DNA of 64,000 nt from Octopus sinensis (GCF_006345805.1 NC_043014.1:49724001-49788000); one strand, 5' to 3'. Shown: positions 24,150-37,387, counted from the first letter of the stretch. Notes: a model not told the origin generated them from the sequence alone. Numbers and translations are program-made.

Positions 24150-24290
24150 CTGTAATATATTACTCGTATATATTATATAATATATATGTTAATGTATATT
24201 ATGTTTATAAAAGCACTAATGTAAAATATATAAGGGTTGCGAGTTGTCTTTAATTAGATTACCAAGAAATACATACATACATATATATAT
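22250..24290. repeat. About 1.0-kb direct tandem duplication inside intron 1
   Basis: gtgtcatacattgac occurs at 22295 and 23299, and ccaagaaata at 23251 and 24262. The breakpoints lie in (TACA)n/(TA)n. Confidence 0.9.
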
Positions 24291-24456
24291 ATAATATATA
24301 TATATATAATATATATATATATTACTTCAGTTCTAAATATATACACAGCTGTTTATTCTGTCCATGATTGTCACAAATTTATCTGTATCTATAATCGATA
24401 TAATTTTTTTATATAATATATATCTGAGTGTAACAGTCTAACGTGCCTCATCTGTT

Positions 24457-24491
<35 letters not shown>

Positions 24492-24769
24492 TTATACATC
24501 TATATATATGTACGTATACACAGCCAGCCAGCCAGACATACATGCGTGTATGTGCGTATGTTAAGTCTACATACGTCTATACTGTTTGTGTTTATGCATT
24601 TAATTCGCTACTATATATACACACCCACTCAACATCCATGTGTATTGTTGTGTGTGTGTGTTGGTGTATTTTTGCCAGCCAGAGGTTTGCAAAAATACTG
24701 CCTTTACTTGTGATGATGGCTGCTTTTAATAAATATTATACATAAATATATATCATACATATGTGTGTG

Positions 24770-24801
<32 letters not shown>

Positions 24802-24817
24802 AATATATATATATATA

Positions 24818-24969
24818 CCGGAGTAAACACATAAATGTGAAACAAAGTGGAAAAAAAAGAGTACTCAAATACCAGTGGTAGAGTAATATGCTTTATTTAA
24901 AAGCAGCAGAAAATTCAACAAAACCTGTTACTCTGAGTTTTGTTGAATTTTCTGCTGCTTTAAATAAAG

Positions 24970-24972
<3 letters not shown>
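24818..24972. mobile_element. Internally deleted copy of the family-3 palindromic PLE-like element
   Basis: Matches 61795-61914 joined to 62015-62052 through a gttt microhomology. It is flanked by (TA)n on both sides. Confidence 0.8.
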
Positions 24973-25009
<37 letters not shown>

Positions 25010-25461
25010 TAGATTGATAGACAGATTCAAATTTTGCTTTATGTGTGTGTGTATGTATTTAGATATGTCAAATGATTATAAATGTGTATATCTTGGTATT
25101 TGTATGTATGTATGTTGTGTATATATATGTATATATATCTATATGGCTATACACACATACCTGTGGATGTATATATACGTGTGTATTTAGATTTAATAGT
25201 TATTTTAACCCTTCCAATGTATATATATATATATCCGCCAACAGCCAATGTACCCCGCCCTTTAATCTTCCTGCTATTCTTAGCCTTATTCCTCCTGAAT
25301 TAAATAAATCATCTTTTTACGTATCTTTTACATCAACTCTCTTGATATCTATCTATCTATCTCTCTCTCTCTCTCATTGTTGTTTTTATTTATTTCTAGC
25401 TTGCCGTTAATTATTATTATTATTATTAATTATTATTATTATTGTTACTTTTTTCATCTAA

Positions 25462-25581
<120 letters not shown>

Positions 25582-26311
25582 TAAGTGTCAACACAAAAAT
25601 AAAAATCTTCTCTCTCTCCCTCTCTCCTCTCTTCTCCCTCTCTCTATCTATTTCTCCCTTTCGCTTTCTCTCTCACTCCATGTCTCTCTTTCACTGTCTC
25701 TCTCTCCGTTTCTCTGTCTTTCTATCCGCATCTTCTCTCTCTCTCTCTCTTTCTCTCTGTCCCTTTTTTGTTTCTCTTTCTCTTTCTCTCAATTTCACAT
25801 CCCTTTCTGTCTTTCTCTCTCTCTCCTTCGTCTTTATATCCTTACTCTTTCTCTCTCTATTTCTGTCTGTCTATCTTGTCTTTTCTTCTCTCCGTGTATT
25901 TCTCCGTCTCTCTCTTTCTCTCTCCCCCTCGTTCTGTGTGCTTCTCTCTCTCTCTTTCGCCTCTCTCTCTCTCTCTCTCCATCTCTCTCCTCTCTCTGCC
26001 TGTCTCTCTCTCTCTCTCATAGTATAATACACTATTTTTCTCAACGTGCTTCTTTTTTGTCTTCTTCCGTGCAACGATAGATTTAAGAGCAATAATAACA
26101 ACAACAACAATAATAATAATAATAATGTAACGTTTTGACACAACACTCTCCTCATCCTCATCCTCTCCTCCTCCTCATCCTCCTCTCCCCCATCACTACA
26201 CTTGTTCCCCTCCCCCTCATCACCATCCTCAAAACTGGAGCACTGTTTATTATTATTCAATGCACCTTACATCATAAAACACACCAATCATTGTTTGTTT
26301 GATCATCATCA

Positions 26312-26348
<37 letters not shown>

Positions 26349-26608
26349 GTTGTTGTTGTTGTGAATAACACTTGTACTCGATTTTTCTCTCTCCCCCTCC
26401 CCTTTTTTTTCATCGTTTCTGTGGCGGGGGGGGGTGATCGATAAAGTAAGATACCAATCAAAACCCCCCGAAAGCAGGCGGGTAGGGGCTGTGGGTTGGG
26501 GAAGGTGGGGGAGGTCGGTAACCTTGTGCCTAATAATGACAAATCATCATTATTATCATTATCATCATTTTTCATCATCAGCTTATTAGGCCCTCTGTCC
26601 ATGCTACA

Positions 26609-26642
<34 letters not shown>

Positions 26643-27744
26643 GTTATTATTATTATTGCTCCTTGAGGGTAAGGTTGGGGGTGGGTGGGGTCAACTTCGC
26701 ATAGTCTTTCATCTTTCCTTTCCGGGGGGGGGGGGCGGGCAGGCCGATCAAACAAGTCGCAATCGATTCCACCAGGGATCGATCCCACCCCCGCCCATCA
26801 AACCCAAGTCCCTGACCTGGGACTTACAGAGAAAAAAAAACAATCATCATCATCATCATCATATTATTATTATTATTGTTATTATTATTATAATTATTAT
26901 TAAAAATATTGTTCTTAGGGAGGTGATGGCCGACTGAGCTTTTCTGTTTTTGTTTTTATTTTTTTGGGGATTTTTTTTTCATTCTTCCGGGATCACGGAG
27001 ATCGATAAAATCAAAAACAAAACAAAAAAAAATACCAGTCAAGGTACAAGAGGGTTCGATTATGTCGACTCTGTGCTTCTTCTCCGCACTTCACTCTCTC
27101 TCTCTCTCTGTCCTCCCCCCAGCCTCTCTCTGTCTCCAACTAAAATGTCTGGCCTTGTGCCAATATTTAGAAATCATTATTATTTGCTACCAATTCTAAC
27201 AGCCACTGCATGTCTTTGAGTTCATTCTCTCTCTCTCGCTCTCCCCCACAAACTAATGTATGCATGATTTTTCAACAACCACCCTCAATTCTCCACATAA
27301 CAATATCACCATTATTGTCATTATTATTATCATTATTATTATTATTAAATTATTCTTGTTATGATTATTGTTGCGTTTGTTTTTGCTTTGAAGAAAAAAA
27401 TTAAAGGGAAAAAAGAAGGGGGCCTCCCCTCCCCAACCTCATCTCCCCCCGGGGAATATCACAAAGAAATTAATTAATTAAACGAATTATGAAATACATA
27501 CATTATGTAAATATAAGGTTAATTTAAAACTGTTAAATGTATTTGTTGTAATAGTGGAGGAATTAAAATGGTTTTTCTTCTAATTACTATAGAGAGAGAA
27601 AGTTGAAGATTGAAGACATAAAAAGGAATATCAGAGATGCAATATTGGTGAGTAAAACTACTCGAAGACACACACCACACACGTTTTCCAAATATACATA
27701 CACACACACTGTGATGGATATATGCAAGCATACATTATATATAT

Positions 27745-27886
27745 ATATATATATATGTGTGTGTATATAACGTGATCAACATTCGCGAAACCCAGAGTAG
27801 TAATAGAGAATCTATCTATCTGTCTGTCTATCTCTCTCTCTTTCTATCTGTCTGTCTGTCTGTCTTTCTATCTATCTATCTATCTA

Positions 27887-27925
<39 letters not shown>

Positions 27926-28045
27926 TTCTGTCTATCTATCTATCTGTCTTTCTGTCTGCCAATCATCTGTCTATCTATCTATCTATCTATCTGTCTATCT
28001 AACCACACGCACTTATGTGTGTGTCTGTGTATTTTTGTATATATG

Positions 28046-28102
<57 letters not shown>

Positions 28103-28291
28103 GGGATTGTGTGTATATGTGTACGAGCGCGTGTGTATATATATATATAATATATATATATGTGTGTGTATATAACGTGATCAACATTCGCGAAACCCAG
28201 AGTAGTAATAGAGAATCTATCTATCTGTCTGTCTATCTCTCTCTCTTTCTATCTGTCTGTCTGTCTGTCTTTCTATCTATCTATCTATCTA

Positions 28292-28330
<39 letters not shown>

Positions 28331-28450
28331 TTCTGTCTATCTATCTATCTGTCTTTCTGTCTGCCAATCATCTGTCTATCTATCTATCTATCTATCTGTC
28401 TATCTAACCACACGCACTTATGTGTGTGTCTGTGTATTTTTGTATATATG

Positions 28451-28486
<36 letters not shown>

Positions 28487-28517
28487 AGGGGGATTGTGTG
28501 TATATGTGTACGAGCGC

Positions 28518-28550
<33 letters not shown>
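27745..28550. repeat. About 400-bp direct tandem duplication inside intron 2
   Basis: aacgtgatcaacattcgcg occurs at 27769 and 28174, and gtacgagcgc at 28121 and 28508. The units differ mainly in microsatellite length. Confidence 0.9.
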
Positions 28551-28554
<4 letters not shown>

Positions 28555-28720
28555 CATATATATAACTGATGTGGGGAAGAGCAGGAAATCGCACCAAGAC
28601 TTAACCACATAACAACTCATCTGTCTCATTATCTTCGTTTTAATTAATATTGTTGCTATTGTTGTCATTAATTAAAATCCTTAATTTATTTATTTTCCAA
28701 CACACACACACACACTCACC

Positions 28721-28751
<31 letters not shown>

Positions 28752-29394
28752 CCTCGCTTCTCTTCGTTCTTCGTCTATTTCTATATTTATTTATTTATCA
28801 TCTTCTCCGCCATACAAGAGAAGAACCATTCGCAGACTTCCAAGATTCTATATATATATATATATATAAAGGCACCACCACCATTCGGAATGTTGTCGGC
28901 TCCTAGTGACAATAATATATTAAAAACAGCACTTCCTTCCGCATCGTCGTGGTCTTCCCCTACCCCCGTTTCGTGTATTCTCTCTTATATATATATATAT
29001 TTTTTTGCTGTTTTTGTTTTGGTTTTGGCTTTCGTTTTTTTGGTTTTTCTTTTGGTTCAGCCAAAATATTTCTACGTGTGTCTCTACCTACAGCCATGAT
29101 TCCAATATGGCCGTCTCTGCAGTGCTTAGAGTAGTTCATGGTAAGAATGCCGACCTGCTGATGCTGTTCTGAGTGCGCGCAGCCGGCATTAAAAAGCTTG
29201 CCCTCTCTCTCTAACTATCTATCTAGCTATCTACCTACCTACACACACACATACATACATACATACATAAATACACACGCTCACACAGATATATATATCA
29301 TCTGTAGCTATCTATCTATATATATATTTATTAATGAAGGCTTGTTTTTGCTGCTAAAAGTAAAAGAGGAGACACACAGAGAGAGGTGAGAAGG

Positions 29395-29580
29395 CCAAAA
29401 ACGCGAGAGCTAAAAAAACACCCAACGAAAAGAACGAAATAAACACAAGTGCCCAATTAATTCGACCGTTTATTTTCTGGCGAAACTGTTTAAATAGTTT
29501 TTCGTCAAAATTTGTTGCGTTGTCGACGTTCTTTACCGACGTCGACTTCGACGTAACGTCAATACGGCTGATGTTATTAC
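29395..29580. promoter_or_regulatory. CpG-dense intronic element, candidate internal promoter or enhancer
   Basis: Roughly 18 CpG in 180 bp by eye, including cgacgtcg (29537-29544) and acgtaacgtca (29551-29561). It is not similar to any repeat in this window. Confidence 0.45.
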
Positions 29581-29851
29581 ATACGTACATACATACATAT
29601 AGATAGATATGTGTGTGTGTATAATGCGTATATACATACACCCAACGTTACCTCCTCGGTATATATATGTGTGTGTGTGTTTGTGTAATATTTTGCGTAA
29701 TATATTACATTTGTGTGTCTCGTGTTTGTAACGTGTGTGGTGTGCGTGTGTATATGTAGAATACATTTGATGTGTGTGTATATATATATATATATATATG
29801 CACTATATTTAATATATGTATGAATACAATATCTACGTACATATATGTATG

Positions 29852-29883
<32 letters not shown>

Positions 29884-30064
29884 TATCTTTGCCCCTTCGC
29901 GCGCGCATATATAATATATAATATATATATATACATGGTATAGAGAGATTATATACACGTATTTATATATACATGTATATAATCTCTATACCATACATTT
30001 GTATAGATGTATTTGTGTGTATGTGAGTATGTATATATGTATGGTAGTATACACACGTATACTC

Positions 30065-30130
<66 letters not shown>

Positions 30131-30585
30131 TAATATATATATGTGTATATATATATATGAACGTAGGCATTTACCATTTTGTGGATATATTACGTTCCTG
30201 AAAGTCTTGTCATAACACGAAACCTTTTGTTTTTCCATTGACTTTGATGTTTTATGGACGTTGATGGGCAAATACATTTCGAGATAACGAAGCACACATC
30301 AGACCAAGTTTCGGGGGCATGCAATGCTTTCGTAATGTGGGGGATGCTTGTATACGAAATATATCGTCTTCATCGTTGTTTTAACGACCTTGATTCCACG
30401 CTTGGATGGGTAAGGCGGAATTTTACCGAGGCAGATTTTCTATAGCCCGATGCCCTTATTGTTGCCAACCTTCATCTGTTTCTAAGCATGGGATATTTCC
30501 TCGTGGTAGGGCATGTTTTCATGGGTGATTGGAAATGGATGACATTCGTTTACTGCTGTTAAACAGTGTCATGACAAGGAGCTAC

Positions 30586-31071
30586 AAACGACCCCTTACA
30601 CATATCTATATATATATCGTTTTTTAAAAAAATTTTCATACTTGTTTCAGTTATTAGACTGTGGCCCTGCTGGGGGTACCACCTTGAGGTGTTTAGTTGA
30701 ACAGATCAATCCCAGGATTTATCCTTTAAATCTGGTACTTTTTCTATCAGCTTTTTTTGCTAAACTGCTAAGTTAATGGGCCGTAAACAAACCAACATCA
30801 GCTATCAAGTGGTGTGGTGAGAACACATGAAACGACCCCTTTCACATATCTATATATATATCGTTTTTTTTTTTATTTTCATACTTGTTTCACTTATTAG
30901 ATTGTGGCCCTGCTAGGGTACCACCTTGAAGTGTTTAGTTGAACAGATCAATCCCAGAATTTATCCTTTAAATCTGGTACTTTTTCTATCAGTTTCTTTT
31001 GCTAAACTGCTAAGTTAATGGGCCGTAAACAAACCAACATCAGTTATCAAGTGGTGTGGTGAGAACACATG
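30586..31071. repeat. 244-bp tandem duplication of a decayed family A SINE tail
   Basis: aaacgacccc occurs at 30586 and 30830. The units differ by several substitutions. Confidence 0.85.
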
Positions 31072-31994
31072 CTCATATATACATACAAATGATGGGTTTC
31101 CTTCACTTTCTGTTCACATTCATTCACTCACAAGTCTTTGGTCAGCCCAAGACTATCGAATAAGACACTTGCCCAAGGTGTCATGCTGTGAGATTGAACT
31201 CAAAACCACATGGTTTGGAAATTAACTTCTTATCCACACAACCAAATATATTTATTTTGAATTTTGGTACAAGGCCAGGAATTACGTCCAACCCATGCCA
31301 GCATGGACAACGGATGCTCAATGATGATGATGATGAAGTGAATATGTTGATTACATCGACTCCAGGACTTATTTTATCAGTCCCAATAAGATGAAAGGCA
31401 AAGTTGACCTCAGCAGAATTTGAACTCAGAATGTAAAGATAGACAAAATCCCACTCACAAACGAAATTATTAAAAACACAACAATCATCATCATCATCAT
31501 CATCATCATTTAACGTCCATTTTCCATGCTAGCACGGGTTGGACGGTTCGACCGGGGTCTGGGAAGCCAAGGGCTACACTATGCTCCAGTCTGATCTGGC
31601 AGTGTTTCTACAGTTGGATGGCCTTCCTAACGCTAACCACTCTGCGAGTGTAGTGGGTGCTTTTTACGTGCCACCAGCACAGTTGCCAGGGGAGACTGGC
31701 ATCGGCCACGATCGGTTGCTGCTTTTAACGTGGTTCCCATTTAATATTTTATTGTTTTTTTTTTCCCCTCTGTGTACCAACCCTCTGTAGTTTGTTTGGA
31801 ACAATGAAGTTCCAAATTCATTTTCATCAGTATTGCCTTTCTGTCTCAGCCACATATTCAGGACGTGGAGTCGTGTTGGCTTCTGCACAAAACCTTGGAC
31901 AAATCTTTTATTATGGTCCCGTGGATTTTGTTGATTTTTTTTATCTAGAAGCCTGCCGTGTGTGTGTGTGTGTGTGTGAATGTGCATGTGTGTT

Positions 31995-32310
31995 TTTGTG
32001 GAAGCGCCATCCAACCAAAATGCAAATATATGGGAAACTACCACCTGTGTCATCTCTTGTGAAAGGTAGAAGAGTCCAGTTTGCTGGACATCGTTGTAGA
32101 GCTGAAAACGAGGCAATTTCTACTCTTCTCCTCCGGAAGCCATCTACTCGCGATACCAGAGGGCGCACACTCTCCTACCCTGATGTAATTTCCAGGGAGA
32201 CAGGCATCCAGCGACAGGACCTCCGTAATGCCATGATGGACCGTGAAGTCTGGTGTAGCATGGTAAATTCCATTGTCTCGACCACGGTCGAACAATGATG
32301 ATGATGATGT
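31995..32310 (+). mobile_element. 3' end of a second RTE-like LINE family
   Basis: WKRHPTKMQIYGKLPPVSSLVKGRRVQFAGH..DREVWCSMVNSIVSTTVEQ*, followed by (gat)n. Confidence 0.75.
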
Positions 32311-33090
32311 GTGTGTGTGTGTGGGGGGGGCATGTGTGACATGGTGGTTAGGTTGTTGCGCTCACAATCACAAGATTGTAGTTTCAAATCCCAGACCAGG
32401 CAGTGCATTGTGTCCTTGAGCAAAACATTTCACTACACATTACACATTGCTCCGATCCACTTAGTTTTTAATAGGTAACCTTGAGACAGACAGACAGGCA
32501 TCCTGTCCAGGATGAATGTTGGTATACCCACCTAGGCACCTGGGTGACATCATTCAAAAGCTAAAACAATGCATTGTGACTAGCAGTATATAACATCATC
32601 TGATGACACTCTGGTTGATACAGTGATGTGTGTGTGTTTGTGTATGTTTTTGTTTGTTCCTAGATTTTTGACAACTGCTGGTTTGTTTACGTCCCCTGTA
32701 ACTTAGTAGTTCATCAAAAGGAGACCAGTATATGGTATCAGACATTCAAATGACACTGGAGTTGGTTTGATTGACCGAACACGTCAAAGCTCAAAGCACT
32801 GCATGGCCTGAATCCAATGATTGACACATTCCCTTATGACCATCACACAAAGGGGACAGTAACACATGCATGCGCGCACACACACACACACATACACGCA
32901 TACACAAAACAACAGCTTCTTTGGCTTCTGTCCAGAAAATCTATTCACAAGGCTTTAGTTGGCCCCTATGCTATGGTAGTAGTTTCTTGCACTAAGTGCC
33001 ATACAGTGGGATTGAACCCAGAACCATGTGGTGGGGAAGCAAACTTCTTACCATACAGCCACACATACACACACACACACCACACACACA

Positions 33091-33128
<38 letters not shown>

Positions 33129-33624
33129 CATATACTCCCATAAATCAAAATCAAGATCAAAATCAAAATCAAAATGGAAATTGTATCTGTGGCCGATGCC
33201 AGTGCCACCTGACTGGCACCTGTGCTAGTGGCTTGTAATGAGCACCATTCAAGTATGGGTCAATGCCAGTGCCGCCTGACTGGCACCTGTGCTAGTGGCT
33301 TGTAATGAGCACCATTCAAGTATGGGTCAATGCCAGTGCCACCTGACTGGCTCCTGATCTGGCGGCATGTAAAAAGCACCCACTACACTCTCTGAGTGGT
33401 TGACATTAAGAAGGGCATCCAGCTGTAGAAACACTGCCAGATCAGACTGGAGCCTGGTATAGTCTACTGGCTTGCTAGACCTCTGTCAAACCGTCCAACC
33501 CAAGCCAGCATGGAAAGCAAACGTTAAAGATGATGATGATGATGACTCCCCCTCCACACACATAAAGGCCTCAAAGTTAACTCAAACCTCAAACTATTAA
33601 GTAGGATAGAAGTTTAGATTCTTA

Positions 33625-34037
33625 TATTTTTATTGCCCACAAGGGGCTAAACACAGAGGGGACAAACAAGGACAGACAAACGGATTAAGTCGATTACATC
33701 GACCCCAGTGCATAACTGGTACTTAATTTATCGACCCCAAAAGGATGAAAGGCAAAGTTGACCTCGATGGAATTTGAACTCAGAATGTAACGGCAGACGA
33801 AATACCTATTTCTTTACTACCGACAAGGGGCTAAACACAGAGGGGACAAACAAGGACAGACAAACGGATTAAGTCATTACATCGACCCCAGTGCGTAACT
33901 GGTACTTATTTAATCGACCTCGAAAGGATGAAAGGCAAAGTCGACCTCGGTGGAATTTGAACTCAGAACGTAAAGACAGACAATATACCGCTAACCATTT
34001 CGCCTGGCATGCTAACAATTCTGCCAGCTCGTCACCT
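33625..34037 (-). mobile_element. Family B SINE, tandem dimer
   Basis: Two bodies joined at gacgaaatac|ctatttcttt (about 33805). Confidence 0.85.
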
Positions 34038-34465
34038 TCATTTAGATTCTTCGTTTAGAGAAGTTTAGATCCTGTTAACATAAAAAAAAAAAATGGTAGG
34101 AGAGTTGTAGGTAGGGATATCATTTAGTGCACCCTACATAAGCTGAAAGCGCAGGGGGTGCAGTGGAATCACAGGGAAGATAACAGGGGAGATACATTTC
34201 ACATGCTGCAGATGCATAGGAGCAATATGCTCTGAGAGCCCATGGGAAATGGACTCTATTAAATTCCCCCGAAGTAGTTTAATAGCTTCTGGTTGCTAAT
34301 TAACCTAATTAGTAATGGGGATGGGTGTTTGGGAGAGCATAGCAGCCAGAGGAAGAATGGGTTGGAAAAAGTTCTGTGAGTTGTTACCTCTGCTGGTAAT
34401 GAAGGGCTTTTCCCTAATGGTGAGGAGTAGACTGCAGTGTGTATGTGCAAAGTTCAGTGATGTGT

Positions 34466-34748
34466 AGTTGTTTTTTGTTCTTTCTCGAGCCATGCCTGGC
34501 TCATAAGGGCCGGTTTCCCGGTTTCTTGGCGTATAGGTTCTCCACCTGGACGGGACGCTGGTCCGTCGCGGATGAGCTGCAAGATGCAGGAGGAAAGAGT
34601 CAGCAGAAGTTCGCCATTACCTTCTGCCAGAGCCGCGTGGGTCTTATGTGATCCGCTCATAAACACACACATCGCCTGGTCTGAGATTTGAACCCGTAAT
34701 CCCTCGATCGCAAGGCCGCTGCTCTAACCACTAGGCCATGTGCCTCCA
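34466..34748 (-). mobile_element. tRNA-derived SINE with a family D-like head, inserted in an old RTE fragment
   Basis: An 11-bp TSD cagtgatgtgt lies at 34455-34465 and 34749-34759. The A/B boxes are on the minus strand. Confidence 0.8.
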
Positions 34749-34759
34749 CAGTGATGTGT

Positions 34760-35015
34760 GACAGTGAGACATGGTCCTTGAATACAGAGGATCTGCAGAG
34801 ACTAGAAAGAAATGAAGCAAGCATACTTTACTGGATGTGTAATGTTGATGTGCATAAATGGTGTACTGTTAATGACTTGAGGGGAACAAACTGGGTATAA
34901 GAGAAACCAGTTATTGTGTGCAAGAGAGAAGACTGAGATGGTATGGACGTGTGATGTGTATGGATGTAGACAACAGCATATTGAAGTACTGTATGCTCAA
35001 GGTTAATGGTATCTA
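34760..35015 (+). mobile_element. Decayed RTE RT C-terminal fragment
   Basis: SETWSLNTEDLQRLERNEASILYWMCNV..QERRLRWYGRVM, homologous to 16170-16400. Confidence 0.8.
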
Positions 35016-35065
35016 TGGAAGGTGGCGAACTGGCAGAAACATTAGCTACTACTACTTGACAGCAT

Positions 35066-35425
35066 TCACCCGGGTTGGGTTGAGCTGGCTTCATTCATCC
35101 TCAATGCTGCATCTCTTACAAACGCTGACCAGGCCTGGCGATTTGAGGCTAACGACCGCATGATCTCCAGCCACTCCTTATTCCAGTGGTGAACGCCGTA
35201 GATATGGGGGCCTAGGTTGGGTTCCAGATCAGCCAGGTTTTTCGTTGTCCACCACATCGCTTTCGCCAACCCTGAAGGGGAGCTGGGGCAATTGCTTCGT
35301 AGATGAATTCTCCTGGTTGATGACGGTGGGCATGACCCAGCCAACGCAGACGTCTCGTTAGGATGACTTGTCGGAGGGAGGTGATTCTGCACTGGTGTTG
35401 CACTGAATTGTTGGAGACAAAGTGA
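35066..35425 (-). mobile_element. 3' ORF end of a third RTE-like LINE
   Basis: CRITSLRQVILTRRLRWLGHAHR..RKRCGGQRKTW../..LASNRQAWSAFVRDA. Confidence 0.75.
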
Positions 35426-35451
35426 TGCCATCAGACACGAAGGATGCACCT

Positions 35452-35793
35452 TCAAAACGTTAGCACACCGGGCAAAATGCTTAGCAGTATTTCGTCTGCC
35501 GTTACGTTCTGAGTTCAAATTCCGCCGAGGTCGACTATGCCTTTCATCCTTTCAGGGTCGATTAATTAAGTACCAGTTATGCACTGGGGTCGATATAATC
35601 GACTTAATCCATTTGTCTGTCCTTGTTTGTCCTCTCAGTGTTTAGCCCCTTGTGGGTAGTAAAGAAATAGGTATTTCATCTGCCGTTACGTTCTGAGTTC
35701 AAATTCCGCCGAGGTTGACTTTGCCTTTCATCCTTTCGGGATCGATTAAATAAGTACCAGTTACGCACTGGGGTCGATATAATCGACTTAATC
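35452..35793 (+). mobile_element. Family B SINE, tandem dimer
   Basis: The junction aaagaaatag|gtatttcatctgcc is at about 35670. Confidence 0.85.
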
Positions 35794-37387
35794 CAATATA
35801 TTAAATTTTAAATCATTATCTGTTGTCCTTGGGGGATTATTGTCCTTGGGAAGTTATTGTCCATGGGGAGTAAATGTCCTAGACTCGTTTCTCTCACGCA
35901 TCCTAGATCTCTGTCCTTGCTCTTATTTTCTGGCTTATGTCCTCTTCTATAATTGTCCTGTCTTCTTGGCCACGTTGTCTTATGATATGTACATCCCATG
36001 ATATCCACACATCCCTCTTATCTCTCATCACTATCATTCATGTCTCCATCAATCATGCTTCTCACCCTGTTAAAAAAAAAAAGGTTGGCAAAGAAGCAGA
36101 CTCATAGGGTCATGACGTCCCTTCAGACATGATGGGGACACGGCTTCCTCTCCGGTACTGGTGCACTTAGTACACTCTGTAAAATGTATGGTTGGGGTCC
36201 TCTTTGTTCTTGTTGACATGACACCTCTCTAGTGCTGGTGCCATGAAAATACTGCAGCCAGTCAACTCTGCTGGTTGTTACGTTTTGGAGACTTTCACAC
36301 ATCAATAGAGAAGGAAAATCTCTCAGTTACATTGATGTCATTGGCAGACACACGCAACATGTGAGGATATACCGAAATTAATAGGGAGCAGAGGTTCTTG
36401 GACTGGCATGGAGAAATACATTCTTGTTGCAGTTGCTTGAAGTGTGTGTGTGTATTTGAAGAAAGGGTTTCTTAAAAGTCATTTACTATTTGTAAAAAAA
36501 AAGCTTAGAAAAACAGAATGATATGAACATGTCAGTCATGTACTTGAAAAACCAAACAACAAAAGCGCTTACACTCACTGTACAAAAGCTTCATTTCAAA
36601 AGGTTTTTCCAGTGTGTGATCGTTGCCAGAGCAGCCAATTGGCTTCCGTACCCGTGGCATGTAAAAGGGCACCATTCGAGCTTGATTGTTACCAATGTCG
36701 CTTCACTGGCACATGTGAAAAGATTCGAGTGAGGTCATTGCCAGTACTGCCTGACTTGCCCCCGTGCCGGTGGCACGTAAAACGCACCCACTACACTATT
36801 GGAGTGGTTGGCGTTAGGAAGGGTATCCGGTTGTAGAAACTCTGCTAGATCAAGGTTGGAGCCTGGTGCAGCCATCTGGTTCACCAGTCCTCAGTCAAAA
36901 TCATCTAACCCATGCTAGCATGGAAAGCAGATGTTAAATGATGATGATGATAATGATACTTTAAAGAAAATCTTTCTTCAGATATTGTGTCTGCATGAAG
37001 TATTTTTTGAAAAAATACTTTTAAATAAATGAGTGAATACACACACACACACTCTCTCTCTCTCACATACACACACATATATACGCACGCTGCATGCATG
37101 CACATACCATCATCATTTAATGTCTATCTTCCATACTGGTACGGATTGGATGTTTGATGGCATCTGACAGGTTGGAGGACTGTTATTCCCCAATGTCTGT
37201 TTTAGTATGGTTTCTGTGACTTAATAACCTTTCCTATTGCCAACCACTTTACCGAATGTACTCTGTACTTTTTCCATGGAACAAACACCTGTCAGATCAT
37301 CCAACTTGCAAGGCTAGTATCCCTCCCAACTGAGTGAGACTATAGTAGAGAGGGAGGCAGTTTTATGCTGGGAGTTAAGGGGTTTAA

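Noticed and set aside
29354-29641. 95-aa minus-strand ORF with a basic patch and a hydrophobic C-terminus
   Set aside because: It starts in microsatellite, the hydrophobic tail comes from a T-rich stretch, and I recognise no family. The region is kept as a regulatory candidate instead.
29963-30295. 110-aa minus-strand ORF with a non-repetitive N-terminal half
   Set aside because: It runs into (TA)n, and I see no recognisable motif or supporting splice signals.
32599-32620. CTGATGA match, plus other isolated CTGANGA hits (e.g. about 3225, 7998, 56757)
   Set aside because: There is no downstream stem II plus GAAA and no stem I pairing, so these are not hammerheads.
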